Source: Blastocatellia bacterium
GTDB taxonomy: Bacteria; Acidobacteriota; Blastocatellia; UBA7656
Reading direction: 5' to 3'
Length of the DNA: 64,000 bases
NCBI GenBank assembly: GCA_963765495.1
Contig: CAVXWP010000016.1
Span: 192,001 to 256,000 of the forward strand
Position 1 is the stretch's first letter. Every line of letters begins with the position of its first letter. Positions 43,563-52,601 of the stretch are shown here, in pieces. The notes below the pieces were generated by a model that had not been told where the DNA came from, searched no databases, and worked only from the letters and a program-made list of their open reading frames with translations. The position numbers and the translations under genes are program-made.

Positions 43563-44191
43563 AACAGAGAGAGAAAACCGACAGAGAAAAAGCCCGACAG
43601 AGAAAAGCCCGACAGAGAAAACCGGCCTCGCATCACTTTTAGATTTCATCGAACGCGCCCTCCGAGCCGGAGTGAATATGGTCCAGATTCGCGAGCGCGA
43701 TCTTTCGGCCCGCCGGTTGTTTTCTCTGACCGAAGCGGTTGTAAAAATCGCCCGCAACTACAACACTCGCGTGCTCGTAAACGACCGCGCAGACATAGCG
43801 GCCACCACAGGCGCGGGCGTACACCTTACTACACGTTCAATAAAACCCGATGTCGTGCGAAGCGTCTTTGGATCGGAGATGTTGATAGGCGTGTCTACGC
43901 ATTCGCTCGAAGAGGCCGTCGCGGCAGAAAAAGGCGGAGCAGACTTCATAGTCTTCGGCCCTGTTTTTGAGACGGAGAGCAAGAAAATATACGGCCCGCC
44001 CGTAGGTCTTGAGGCACTGGCCGAGGTCACGGCCCGGTTAAGTATTCCGGTGCTCGCGCTCGGAGGAATAAAGCTTTCCAATTTCAGGGAGGCGCTCGAG
44101 AGCGGGGCCGCAGGCATCGCCGCAATATCGTTATTTACAGGGGCAAGCGATCTCAGAAAGCGTCATGCGGATTATCAAAACGCGCATTTGA
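43486..44191 (+). CDS. thiE: Thiamine-phosphate synthase; +1 frameshift near 44155
   Basis: YLITD, QIRE, VNDR.D, GVHL, STHS, GPVFET.SK, ALGGI; the duplicate 3' end at 54520 lacks the extra A. Confidence 0.9.
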
Positions 44192-44582
44192 GAACGGGGC
44201 CAGATAACCGACAGGGTCACACGCAACCGGATTGCACCGTGCTCTATAGTTGCACACTGGTGCTGCCGAAACGAGGTTGCTGCGCAAGGTCCAGGTCCAG
44301 GCCTGCAAAGTCCTGGCGAGCCGCGCCGTCGAGTATGTAAACCTCCCGGCGTACGTTGCCGCAGGTGACAGGCCAGACCTCGCTTTCCAACGGCTCGCCC
44401 GCAGGCGTTGCTATTTTGTAATTGCCCCGAGCATCGGTCAGGGCGGCATAGTCAACGCCATTCTGGCGCAATTTCACCAGCGCGCCTTCAACCGTGAGCC
44501 TGCTCGTATCGGTGACCTTGCCTTCGACAACTGGCTGTCCCACGCAGGCAACCGGCCCTGCATAGGCGAAAATAAGGGTCTT
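44031..44582. repeat. Diverged direct repeat A (other copy at 54520-55069)
   Basis: thiE 3' end plus the 3' end of the 54722-55969 gene recur with many third-position differences. Confidence 0.9.
44244..44582 (-). pseudogene. 3' fragment of an allele of the 54722-55969 gene
   Basis: GQPVVEGKVTDT..GALVKLRQN..DYAALTDARGNYKIATPAGE; truncated at 44582. Confidence 0.85.
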
Positions 44583-44589
44583 ACTGAAA

Positions 44590-44712
44590 TTCGAATTGCG
44601 CTATGAAGTCCAGGAAGGGCTCAACGTCGTTGAACGTTGGAATGGCGCTAACGAGTTCATCTGTTATGGACGACAAGGCGTCTTCGCCACCAATAGCCGC
44701 GCGCAACAGGAG
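44590..44712 (+). mobile_element. Tn3-family transposase fragment
   Basis: ELRYEVQEGLNVVERWNGANEFICYGRQG..TN...QE resembles the Tn3 DDE C-terminal motif. Confidence 0.7.
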
Positions 44713-45392
44713 ATGGCGAGGAAACTGGTTCGGCTGCTGCGGCCAGTGCACCCGGACTATTCTTACTTGAAGAAAGTCTTTCAGCACACCCGCGAACTGC
44801 TCCAAGTACGGCCCGGCAAAGTGGAGAAGCGCTTACCGGAGTTGCTGACGGATGAGGAACTATTGGCGTTTTACGAAGCGGTCTGGAACGCTCGCCAGCC
44901 CGTCCATATGGTGATGATCAAGTTGCTGATCTTCACCGGAGTCAGAAACGCCGAACTCGCTAGTGTGCGCCTGAAAGATGTGGACCTCAACAACTGTCAA
45001 CTGCGGATCGAGCAAGGCAAGGGGAAGAAGGATCGTAACGTGCTGTTTCCGAAAAGCTTTCGTGGCGAGTTGGCGCAATATCTGGGCAGCCAGAAAGAGA
45101 AAAGGCGACTCATCTGTTCGAGTCGAATCGCTTCCAGCCGTACTCGACGCGCCGCATTCGGCAGATCGTCAAGCAGTATGCGCTTGAAGCCGGCATTGAG
45201 AAGCGCGTCTATCCACACTTGTTCCGGCACCAAATCATCACCTATCTGAGCAAACGAGGAATCATCAGTCCGAAACTGCAACTGCTAAGTGGGCATGTAG
45301 AAGAAAAAAGTCTGGCGATCTATCGCGATCTAGCCTTGTCAGATGTGGCGGGTGAATATGAAGAGGCGATGCGGACGTTTCCGGTCCGGTAA
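44713..45392 (+). pseudogene. Tyrosine recombinase with frameshift near 45100
   Basis: GVRNAE, GKGKKDR; shifted frame continues YPHLFRH..LSGH..IYRD to TAA 45392. Confidence 0.85.
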
Positions 45393-45429
45393 GAAGGTGC
45401 TTGTTGGGTCTTATCGCAGCTTCCCTCCT

Positions 45430-45576
45430 GTACGTCCTTAAAGCTTTTCGTACCTCTTTGGAGACGTAGCGGGCTTGATCGTAGGTAAGATGATATTTTC
45501 GCCGGAGCTTTGTTGTTGTTGAGATGAGCTCTTTGAGGCTTTTTTGAGATTTCGCTTTCGCGGATGGAGTACGCAT
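45430..45576 (-). pseudogene. Possible 5' remnant of a second recombinase gene
   Basis: AGGAAA-free short ORF start MRTPS..KYHLTYDQARYVSKEVRKAL, recalled as a recombinase N-terminus; unverified. Confidence 0.35.
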
Positions 45577-47184
45577 AAGTAGGCCTTTTCAGGCTACTAC
45601 TTACCTGAAAAGCTGTCAAATCGGCTCGATAATTTCGCACTCCAGGCATTCTGCGAAATGATTTCTTTTGGTCTCCTTCCTTTCTCTGATGGTGAGGAAG
45701 CCGCATTCTAATGTCTCAACGGAAGTTTTCGACCAGCATTAGGCTGCCGTTGTGAGATCCCTCCGCTTGGGTAAAGAGGATGGAGCGACGATCGGGCGAA
45801 ACCGCAAAACTGTTAGAGAGGTTTTCTTCCTTCATCCCGGCGATCTTCGTAAGCTTGCTAGTCCGGTGTGTGGCAAAATTGAAGAAGCAAATACCAATGT
45901 CATTCTTCGCCCATGGGCAAAGGAAATAAATACCATCGCTCACTACGGCCCAATAGCGCGACATTCCCAGTGAATTGCAGGACTCACAAACCAGGGTTTC
46001 CTCGCCGCCCTCTATTGGTACACGCCAAAAGCCATTGAAGCGCTCCTTAGTGTAATAGACAAACCTGCCATCAGTTGACTCGAAAGCCGCCAATCCACCG
46101 TGCCTGGTTAGCTGCACGGCCCCGCCTCCCTGGGCTGGCATTTTCCACAGCTGATAATCTCCACTGCGCCTGGAAGCGAAGTAAATCCACTGCCCATCTC
46201 TGGACCAGCTCGGAATATTGTCATCGGCAGCATCGGTAGTGAGGCGGCGCGGTGGGCCACCTTCGGCGCTGGCCACGTAAATGTTCCAGTCACCATTTGC
46301 TTGACAGTCGAAAGCGATCTGCCGTCCATCGGGAGACCAGTGTGGGCTTCCTGCCCACTCGCTCAGGAAGGTGAATTGAGCCGGGTTTGAACCATCGCTA
46401 TTGCATGTCCATATCTCCGAGAACCCGGAGCGATCGCTCGCGAAGGCGACTCTTTGGCCATCAGAAGAGAATTGAGGGTCACGCTCGCCTTCCGTCGATG
46501 AGACGAAACCTACCGGTAGACTAGGCTGGCCTGTTGAAGCTGGTAGCTCAAGGCGGTAGATGCTTAACTTACCACCCCATTGGGTGTAGGCCAGGCGATG
46601 CCCTCTACTAGAAACGGCTACGGAAAACGCTCTGTCTCCGCCCACTGCAAGACGCTCGGGAGTGCCACCGACAATGGGAATTCTCCACAAGGCGCTATGG
46701 GAGATCGGGCTGGCGAGACGACTCGACGAGAAGATGATTTCACGGCCATCCGGAGTCCAGGCCGCTCTATCGATGTGCGCATTATCGAAGGTCAGCCGTT
46801 TGGGCTGGCCGCCCGTTATGGGCACCAGATAGAGATCTCCCAATCCTGTAGTGTCGACAGTTGTGTGGCGCACAAAGGCCAGCGTCTGACTATCTGGAGA
46901 GAAGACTGGAGAGGAATCTCCTGCAGACTGCGCGGGCGGAGATGTCAGAGTGCGCCTTTCTCCCGTCTCCAGCGAAAACAAGAGAATGCCGGCAGGGTCC
47001 TCCTGTGAGACTCGGTGCGAGGACGCGATGAACTTGCCATCAAGAGACCAGTCGAGTGTAGGCCACAAGTGCCAATTAACAGGACCTGCTCTGAAAATAA
47101 AAGGGGTGCTAAATGTTGATAACGAGTAGATGAAGACAAACAACTCCGAGCCTGTGCGATATTACTTCTGCACAGCTTCATCAA

Positions 47185-47329
47185 ACTGGTTGTCGGTAGG
47201 GCATTGGTTAATAAGCATGAGTCTGCTCTACGTGCTCAAAGGCAACAATTCGGGGTACCAGAAATATGCCCAGGTCAAACTGCTATACAGGCTCGAAGCA
47301 CCAAGGACCGTTCGACCTTCATACCGACA
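47185..47329 (-). ncRNA. Bridge RNA 2 (predicted; ends approximate)
   Basis: Scaffold shared with 48676-48820, compensatory stems, right guides complementary to CTGCTAT and CTGCTCT. Confidence 0.75.
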
Positions 47330-47335
47330 TACAAA

Positions 47336-47364
47336 ATTCTATCATGGCTCTCACACATTTTCAT
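47336..47364 (-). promoter_or_regulatory. Sigma70-like promoter for bridge RNA 2
   Basis: ATGAAA-N17-TAGAAT with extended TG; same geometry at 48828-48856. Confidence 0.55.
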
Positions 47365-47424
47365 CATTCGAAGGTGAGCCGCAGGCTCATGATGAACTGC
47401 TATGAAAATAAGAGTAGGTGTTGA

Positions 47425-48663
47425 TCAGGCAGCTTGCTCGACCTCTTCAACAGTTACTCTCAAGCCCGTCCCCTCAAGCTGTCGGATTAATCTTCGCCGC
47501 TGCTTCTCTACATTCCTTTTGTCCAGATAATCTACTCCCAACTCTTTGTAACCGGCTCTCTCTTCTAAGACGTGATATACAATCACAAGTATCGAATGTG
47601 CTATTGCTACCAGCGCCTTCTTCTTCCCCATTCTCTTGACCAGCCTTTTGTACTTCGCTGCAAGGAAACAATCCTTCTGATGCGTTGCTGCCCAGGCTGC
47701 CTGCACAAGGGCTGCTTTTAGATAGCTATTGCCCTTTTGGGTTCTTCCACTCTTTCGTTTTCCTGCCGATTGATTATTACTGGGACAGATCGAAGCCCAA
47801 CTTGAGAGATTCTTGTCTGTTGGGAAGCAGCTCATATCTACTCCAATCTCAGAGACAATGATCTGGGCTAAGGTCTTTGCGACTCCTGGAATAGAATCGA
47901 GAAGCTCAACAGCTTGCTTAACAAAAGGGTCTGGGGAAGTTTCGACCTCCTGGCTGATCTTCTCTTCAACCCTCTTAATAGAGGATTCAACCGAGTCATA
48001 CTGATCGAGGAGTTCTTTAAGAATCCAGCGTTGGGCAGAAGTGAGGCGACCGTGCAAAGCACGCTTCAAGTCAGCCTTCTTACGCTTCATCCTCCGACGA
48101 GCAAGGTCGCTGATCTTGTCAGCATCGGTTTGACCATCAGCCAAAGCTCTCAGCATCAGCCTGCCGCTAACCCCCAAAGCATCACTAGCGACTTGAGCGA
48201 GCTTGATATTGGCGCTTTCAATCAACTTCTGAATGCGATTGGCAAGAGCAGTCTGCTCACGGATAAGGCTCTGGCGGTAGCGAGTCAAATCCCTGAGTTC
48301 ACGGATATGAGGAGGAGGGATAAAGCTGGGACGAAGCAGACCGTGACGAAGCAGGTCAGCAAGCCACTCACAATCCTTAACATCAGTCTTTCTGCCAGGA
48401 ACAGCTTTGACGTGGCGGGCATTAACCAAAATAACCTCCAGGGAGGATTCGAGGATATTGAAAACAGGCTTCCAGTAAACGCCAGTACTTTCAATAGCGA
48501 CGTGAGTGCAGCCTTGAGAAGTGAGCCAGTCGAGCAGGGCAAGCAAATCATCAGTCATGGTTGAGAAAGTGCGAACCTCTTTGTTGCCGTCAGTGATGAG
48601 GCAGGCGACAACGGTGCGAGCGTGAACATCAATACCACAGCAAGAGTTGTAAAGAATCTGCAT
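47425..48663 (-). CDS. IS110-family DEDD transposase/recombinase
   Basis: GIDVH, IESTGVYW, KTDVKD, SIPGV, QSAGK catalytic Ser; AAGGAG precedes ATG 48663. Confidence 0.96.
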   Translation of the reverse strand: MQILYNSCCGIDVHARTVVACLITDGNKEVRTFSTMTDDLLALLDWLTSQGCTHVAIESTGVYWKPVFNILESSLEVILVNARHVKAVPGRKTDVKDCEWLADLLRHGLLRPSFIPPPHIRELRDLTRYRQSLIREQTALANRIQKLIESANIKLAQVASDALGVSGRLMLRALADGQTDADKISDLARRRMKRKKADLKRALHGRLTSAQRWILKELLDQYDSVESSIKRVEEKISQEVETSPDPFVKQAVELLDSIPGVAKTLAQIIVSEIGVDMSCFPTDKNLSSWASICPSNNQSAGKRKSGRTQKGNSYLKAALVQAAWAATHQKDCFLAAKYKRLVKRMGKKKALVAIAHSILVIVYHVLEERAGYKELGVDYLDKRNVEKQRRRLIRQLEGTGLRVTVEEVEQAA

Positions 48664-48675
48664 GATAGAACTCCT

Positions 48676-48820
48676 TTCGGCATTGGCGGGGAGCCTCAAA
48701 ACAAAAGAGACTGCTATGCGTGCTCGAAGCAACAAGTTGTGATGCCTGAAAAGGCTCCCCAAGTCAAACTAACGACCGGGCTAAAGGCACCAAGGCCCGA
48801 CGACCTATCAGCCAATGACC
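48676..48820 (-). ncRNA. Bridge RNA 1 (predicted; ends approximate)
   Basis: GTCGGGCCT-TGG..GGTCGTTAG target loop and ..CATAGCAG donor loop match the element junctions. Confidence 0.8.
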
Positions 48821-48827
48821 AGAAGGA

Positions 48828-48856
48828 AGGATACATAAACTCTCAGACATTTTCAT
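48828..48856 (-). promoter_or_regulatory. Sigma70-like promoter for bridge RNA 1/transposase
   Basis: ATGAAA-N17-TATCCT. Confidence 0.45.
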
Positions 48857-49814
48857 CCGTCGTGAAGAAGCCTTGCTTCATGGATGCCTAACGAGAGTAA
48901 TTTGCGCTCAGTGCCGCCGGTTGCGGGCACGGTGAAGATGGTCCACTCTTTTTCCCAATTGCGCACAAAAGCGATTTGCTGACCATCGGGTGACCAAGTT
49001 GGATATAGGTCTAACCCTGGGAAGGTGGTAAGTCGCAATGCTCTTTCCCCACCGATTGATTTGACGTAGATGTCCCAGTTGTCGTTCTTCTCGCCGAACC
49101 AACGAAAGGCTATCTGGTTACCATCCGGCGAGAAAGCAGCGGCGTCATGGTCACCGATCTCGGTCGTGAAGGGTAGAACCTTCATCGGCGGCAGCGGGGG
49201 GACGAAATTATGCCGGGAAAAGTAGAGCCCTACTATGCTGCTGATGGCTAACAGCAACCCTATAGGCCATATGAAGGTCTTCGCCCGCCACCAAGGACGA
49301 CGGTACGAGGTTGAAGGCGCCTCGTTAGCAACGACTACGGCTTGTGGTGGGATCAATACCGTGTGTGGTAAGACGCCCTCTTCCGTTTCAGCAGTTGTCT
49401 CCTCTTCAATAATGACGCTTGCTCTGGTGAGTCTTTGCAATAACACCTCAGTCACTTCCTCCGTAAGCTCTCTCACGCTAGCCACAAATCGGTAGCCTCG
49501 CTTGGGAACCGTTTCAATGTATTGCGCAGTGTTCTTACTCTCACCCAAAGCCTTCCTCAGCGTCGAGATATTGTTGGCCAGATTGTGCTCTTCGACAAAG
49601 CTATCCGGCCATAGAGTCTTCAGCAGTTCCTCCTTTTCAACCAAGTGGCCGCGGCGCTCGACAAGCACCACGAGGGTTTCAAAGGCCCTCGGAGTCAGCG
49701 CCACAGGCCCGCCATCGCGCAAGAGCAGGTGTTCTGCGACGTCTAAGCGAAAAGGGCCGAATTCATATAAACACTTTGATTGATTTCTCATACCGCCTCT
49801 CCGAAGGTCTGGAG

Positions 49815-49858
49815 AATTTTTGGACACTTTTTGGATAACTTTCTGAAGACTTCCAAAC
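49815..49858. promoter_or_regulatory. ~11-bp period direct repeats upstream of the wHTH gene
   Basis: aatttttggac actttttggat a actttctgaag acttcc. Confidence 0.5.
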
Positions 49859-49985
49859 TGCCTTTCGATTACTGTCGTCCGCGAGGTGAACAATGACAGG
49901 AAGTGATGTTCAGTTCAGTAATCCTTGTGCTACCCGCATTGTACTGCAAAGCGGAGCGTGGGGCAAAACATTCGGAGGTGGGGTG

Positions 49986-50240
49986 ATGAGAAAGACGAGG
50001 ACCGAAATCAGAGTCGAGACATACGAGCTTTTAGCAATAAGAAAGCGCGGCGGGTTGGCGCAAGGCTGGTGTGAGCAATGTGCCAAGCTCGTTGGATTGA
50101 TCTCCCTGGAGGAGGCATTCCGAGCCGGTCTTGGCCAGAGTGCTGTTTATCGGCAGGTTGAGGCCGGTAGGCTCCACTTCATCGAACCGACCGGACCGTT
50201 ACGTTTCATTTGCCTGGACGGATTAAGGATTGACGACTGA
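49986..50240 (+). CDS. Small hypothetical protein divergent from the wHTH gene
   Basis: GGAGG RBS, WCEQC, YRQVEAGRLH..IC. Confidence 0.6.
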   Translation: MRKTRTEIRVETYELLAIRKRGGLAQGWCEQCAKLVGLISLEEAFRAGLGQSAVYRQVEAGRLHFIEPTGPLRFICLDGLRIDD

Positions 50241-50245
50241 GATGA

Positions 50246-50395
50246 TCATCCACAATTGGGAATGTCCGCTTCTATCAATAAAATGCGTCGCAGTTCTTGA
50301 TATACAATCGGCATCAACTTATCGAGCGCTGCCTTGTCGCCTCTCCTCCAGTCCACCAGCAGTTGAGTCAATTCACTTGTAGGAGGTGTTGTCAT
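50246..50395 (-). pseudogene. Truncated ECF sigma factor (TIGR02999-like N-terminus)
   Basis: Own translation: MTTPPTSELTQLLVDWRRGDKAALDKLMPIVYQELRRI, then unrelated sequence and stop. Confidence 0.75.
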
Positions 50396-50742
50396 ACCGG
50401 GCCATCCAGAAGCTTTGATGAGCAGCAGGCGGAGCCGATTATATCGCTTTCGCGCATCCCCAACTCAAAAAACCTGATCGGATGTGGGAATCTCCGCGCA
50501 GTTCCCGCCTAACATAGTGAGGGCAGGAAGATATTCACCTTAAACGAAGCGGGCTCATCACAATATAAGCAGGTGACCACCTCGGCAGTTGACTAGATCC
50601 AATCCGAAGTCGAGCGCCGACGCGAGTCTTAAGACCTGCACAAACGCTAACAAGACTGAGCAGACCACAAGCCAGGCTTCCCTGGTCATAAACCGGTGGT
50701 GTGCCTAAGCAGAGCTCGAACGGCTGCGCAAAAGGAGAGATC

Positions 50743-51483
50743 ATGTTTAAGAACGTCACCACACCTGCAATTCTATTCCTGATACTGACGACCGCCTCTA
50801 TCGCACAACCCAATAAGACCAACGTCTCCTTCGGTGGCGCAGGCACGTCGGCGCTTGCTTACTTTGGGAGGATTCCTCCTCAGAGCTTCGATAGATACCT
50901 TAAGAGCATCCGCCCCAACAAGCTTTCGCCCGAGTTAAAGGCCAGGCTCATCGCCATACTCCCGAAGCAGGATATAATCAGCCCGTCGGCTCAAGGGCGG
51001 GATAAATTGGCCTCTCTTGAGCCTATCCTTAAGTACTTTGACCGCAGCTCAGTCATTGACCTTAAGGTCATCAGAATGGGGCAGGCGGTGGTTCTATTCC
51101 TGGCAGGGGCTGCCATTTTGATTTCGGAGGAAGCTCTCGACCTGCTTACTGCAAAAGAATTGCAGGGAATAGTCGCTCACGAGCTGGGGCATGAGTATTT
51201 CTGGAATGAATTGCAGCAGGCTCGCCTGAACAAGCAATACGAAAAAATACAGGAGATAGAACTACGTTGCGACGGAATTGCTATTATCACGATGGAGCAG
51301 CTCGGACTTGACCCATTACACTTCATATCAGCGATAACTAAGATGACAAAAACGCACGGAGGTACGCTGCTAAATAAGGGGTACTACCCGCCTTTTGAAG
51401 AGCGGATCAGGTTCATCCATGCGATGATTGAAATGGTGAATTCGAGACGCGAAGTGTTTGGACCTCTCGTCAGCAAGAGTTAA
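50743..51483 (+). CDS. Secreted M48-like zinc metallopeptidase
   Basis: Signal peptide, ELQGIVAHELGHE, ELRCD, YPPFEERI. Confidence 0.75.
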   Translation: MFKNVTTPAILFLILTTASIAQPNKTNVSFGGAGTSALAYFGRIPPQSFDRYLKSIRPNKLSPELKARLIAILPKQDIISPSAQGRDKLASLEPILKYFDRSSVIDLKVIRMGQAVVLFLAGAAILISEEALDLLTAKELQGIVAHELGHEYFWNELQQARLNKQYEKIQEIELRCDGIAIITMEQLGLDPLHFISAITKMTKTHGGTLLNKGYYPPFEERIRFIHAMIEMVNSRREVFGPLVSKS

Positions 51484-51968
51484 AAGGGATTGGTGGTCGT
51501 CAATTGGAAGATGAATACGTATGGAGACGAAAGAATGACTATCCAGGTCCGATAGTCCAGCATTTGCTGTCGCACTATGACAATGACCTGACACACATTA
51601 TGACTCATCTGCTTAGTAGTATAACATCTTACCTAAACCGGGGCACAAACCTGCATTTCGTATTCTGCCTATTGCTGCTTAAGTCCTACAGTAAGTGGAT
51701 GACAACAGCAATGGATGAAAAGGGTCTAAATTTAATTGAGACGTGGTCATAAATTAAAACCTTTACATCTAGCAGTTAGAGGGTCTGACAAGACCGGCCG
51801 CAAGCTGTGTCAAATTATGTTACATCTGTAAATGTTGCATCTGGGCCTTAACTGTTTCTGAATTATGACCACGCCTCAATTAATTCCTGTTTTGCCTGGA
51901 TCACTCATTTTTCTCCTTAATCGTTCGATTTCTTCCCATTCGGGGGGTGCTTTGGAAGTGACTTGAAA

Positions 51969-52601
51969 CTACTTAACCTGCTCATATGTTCCCTCCATGA
52001 AAAACTTGTTCTGATCTAATGCGCTTTTGGTAGTGTAAAAGTCCACAGTCACAGAATCCTCATTAAATACCATCTTGATATAGCGACATCTGTCACCATC
52101 AAAGTTTGGAGCAGACAACAGACGAATGATGGTTCCGTCCTCATCCTCCGAAATAGTTTCGTATGCAGAACTTTGCCCGCTTCGCCAAGTGATCTTTTTT
52201 GAATTTCGATTTTCATACATCGTCATCCTCCCAAAACTCATATTAGAAGTACTGACCGGCTCCCACCGCGTAACTGAATCCTGAAAGATAGCGCAAAGGT
52301 CTGAATAACCAGTCCCGTTAAACTGATTTATCGCCGCCTCACCTTCCTCGCAGCTCGCCATCACAACAAAACCGAAACCTCTCGACCTTCCGGTTTCCTT
52401 ATCCTCACCGACTTCCGCACTCTCGACAGGGCCAGACTGTAAAAAAAGTTCACGCAACGTTTCGCTGCTAGTTTGAAAACTTAGATTGCCCACATATACC
52501 TTCATCTGCTCGGCTATTGGGTTTTGAGCTTCGGCAAAAGGCGCGTCGCCCGCGACCAGCACGATAAGCGAGATGATTACGATAAGCCCTATTTTCTTCA
52601 T
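51969..52601 (-). CDS. Signal peptide + RRM domain chimera
   Basis: MKKIGLIVIISLIVLVAG, RNP2 VYVGNL, RNP1 RGFGFV; unrelated AT-richer C-terminus. Confidence 0.65.
   Translation of the reverse strand: MKKIGLIVIISLIVLVAGDAPFAEAQNPIAEQMKVYVGNLSFQTSSETLRELFLQSGPVESAEVGEDKETGRSRGFGFVVMASCEEGEAAINQFNGTGYSDLCAIFQDSVTRWEPVSTSNMSFGRMTMYENRNSKKITWRSGQSSAYETISEDEDGTIIRLLSAPNFDGDRCRYIKMVFNEDSVTVDFYTTKSALDQNKFFMEGTYEQVK

Larger units (their letters stand above)
47086..47396 (-). mobile_element. Non-autonomous IS110-type mini-element carrying only a bridge-RNA-like sequence
   Basis: Starts CTGCTCTGAAAATAA like the neighbouring IS (CTGCTATGAAAATAA), same ATTTTCATC sub-terminal motif, bounded by CT cores, no transposase. 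Confidence 0.8.
47397..48889 (-). mobile_element. Autonomous IS110-family element
   Basis: CT cores at 47397-98 and 48888-89, intact transposase, ~225 bp non-coding end with bridge-RNA-like sequence. Confidence 0.9.
45716..49791 (-). pseudogene. wHTH (OmpR/CadC-type)-TM-TolB/PD40 propeller protein interrupted by IS110 elements
   Basis: N part LYEFGPF..IETVPKRGYRF, TM, FSPDG repeats; removing 47088-48889 restores ..RKLLSL-GPVNW.. in frame. Confidence 0.9.

Noticed and set aside
44192-44340. C-terminal extension of ThiE
   Set aside because: Produced by the +1 base at ~44155; the second copy shows the normal end.
47088-47143. Independent start for ORF 45716-47143
   Set aside because: These codons lie inside the mini-element; the ORF is the C-terminal half of the split gene.
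47130-47405. 91 aa + strand ORF in the mini-element
   Set aside because: No recognisable motif; it is antisense to the predicted RNA, whose structure explains the conservation.
51484-51968. AT-rich spacer with 82 aa ORF and ATGTTRCATCT repeat
   Set aside because: No RBS or motif support; only two repeat copies.
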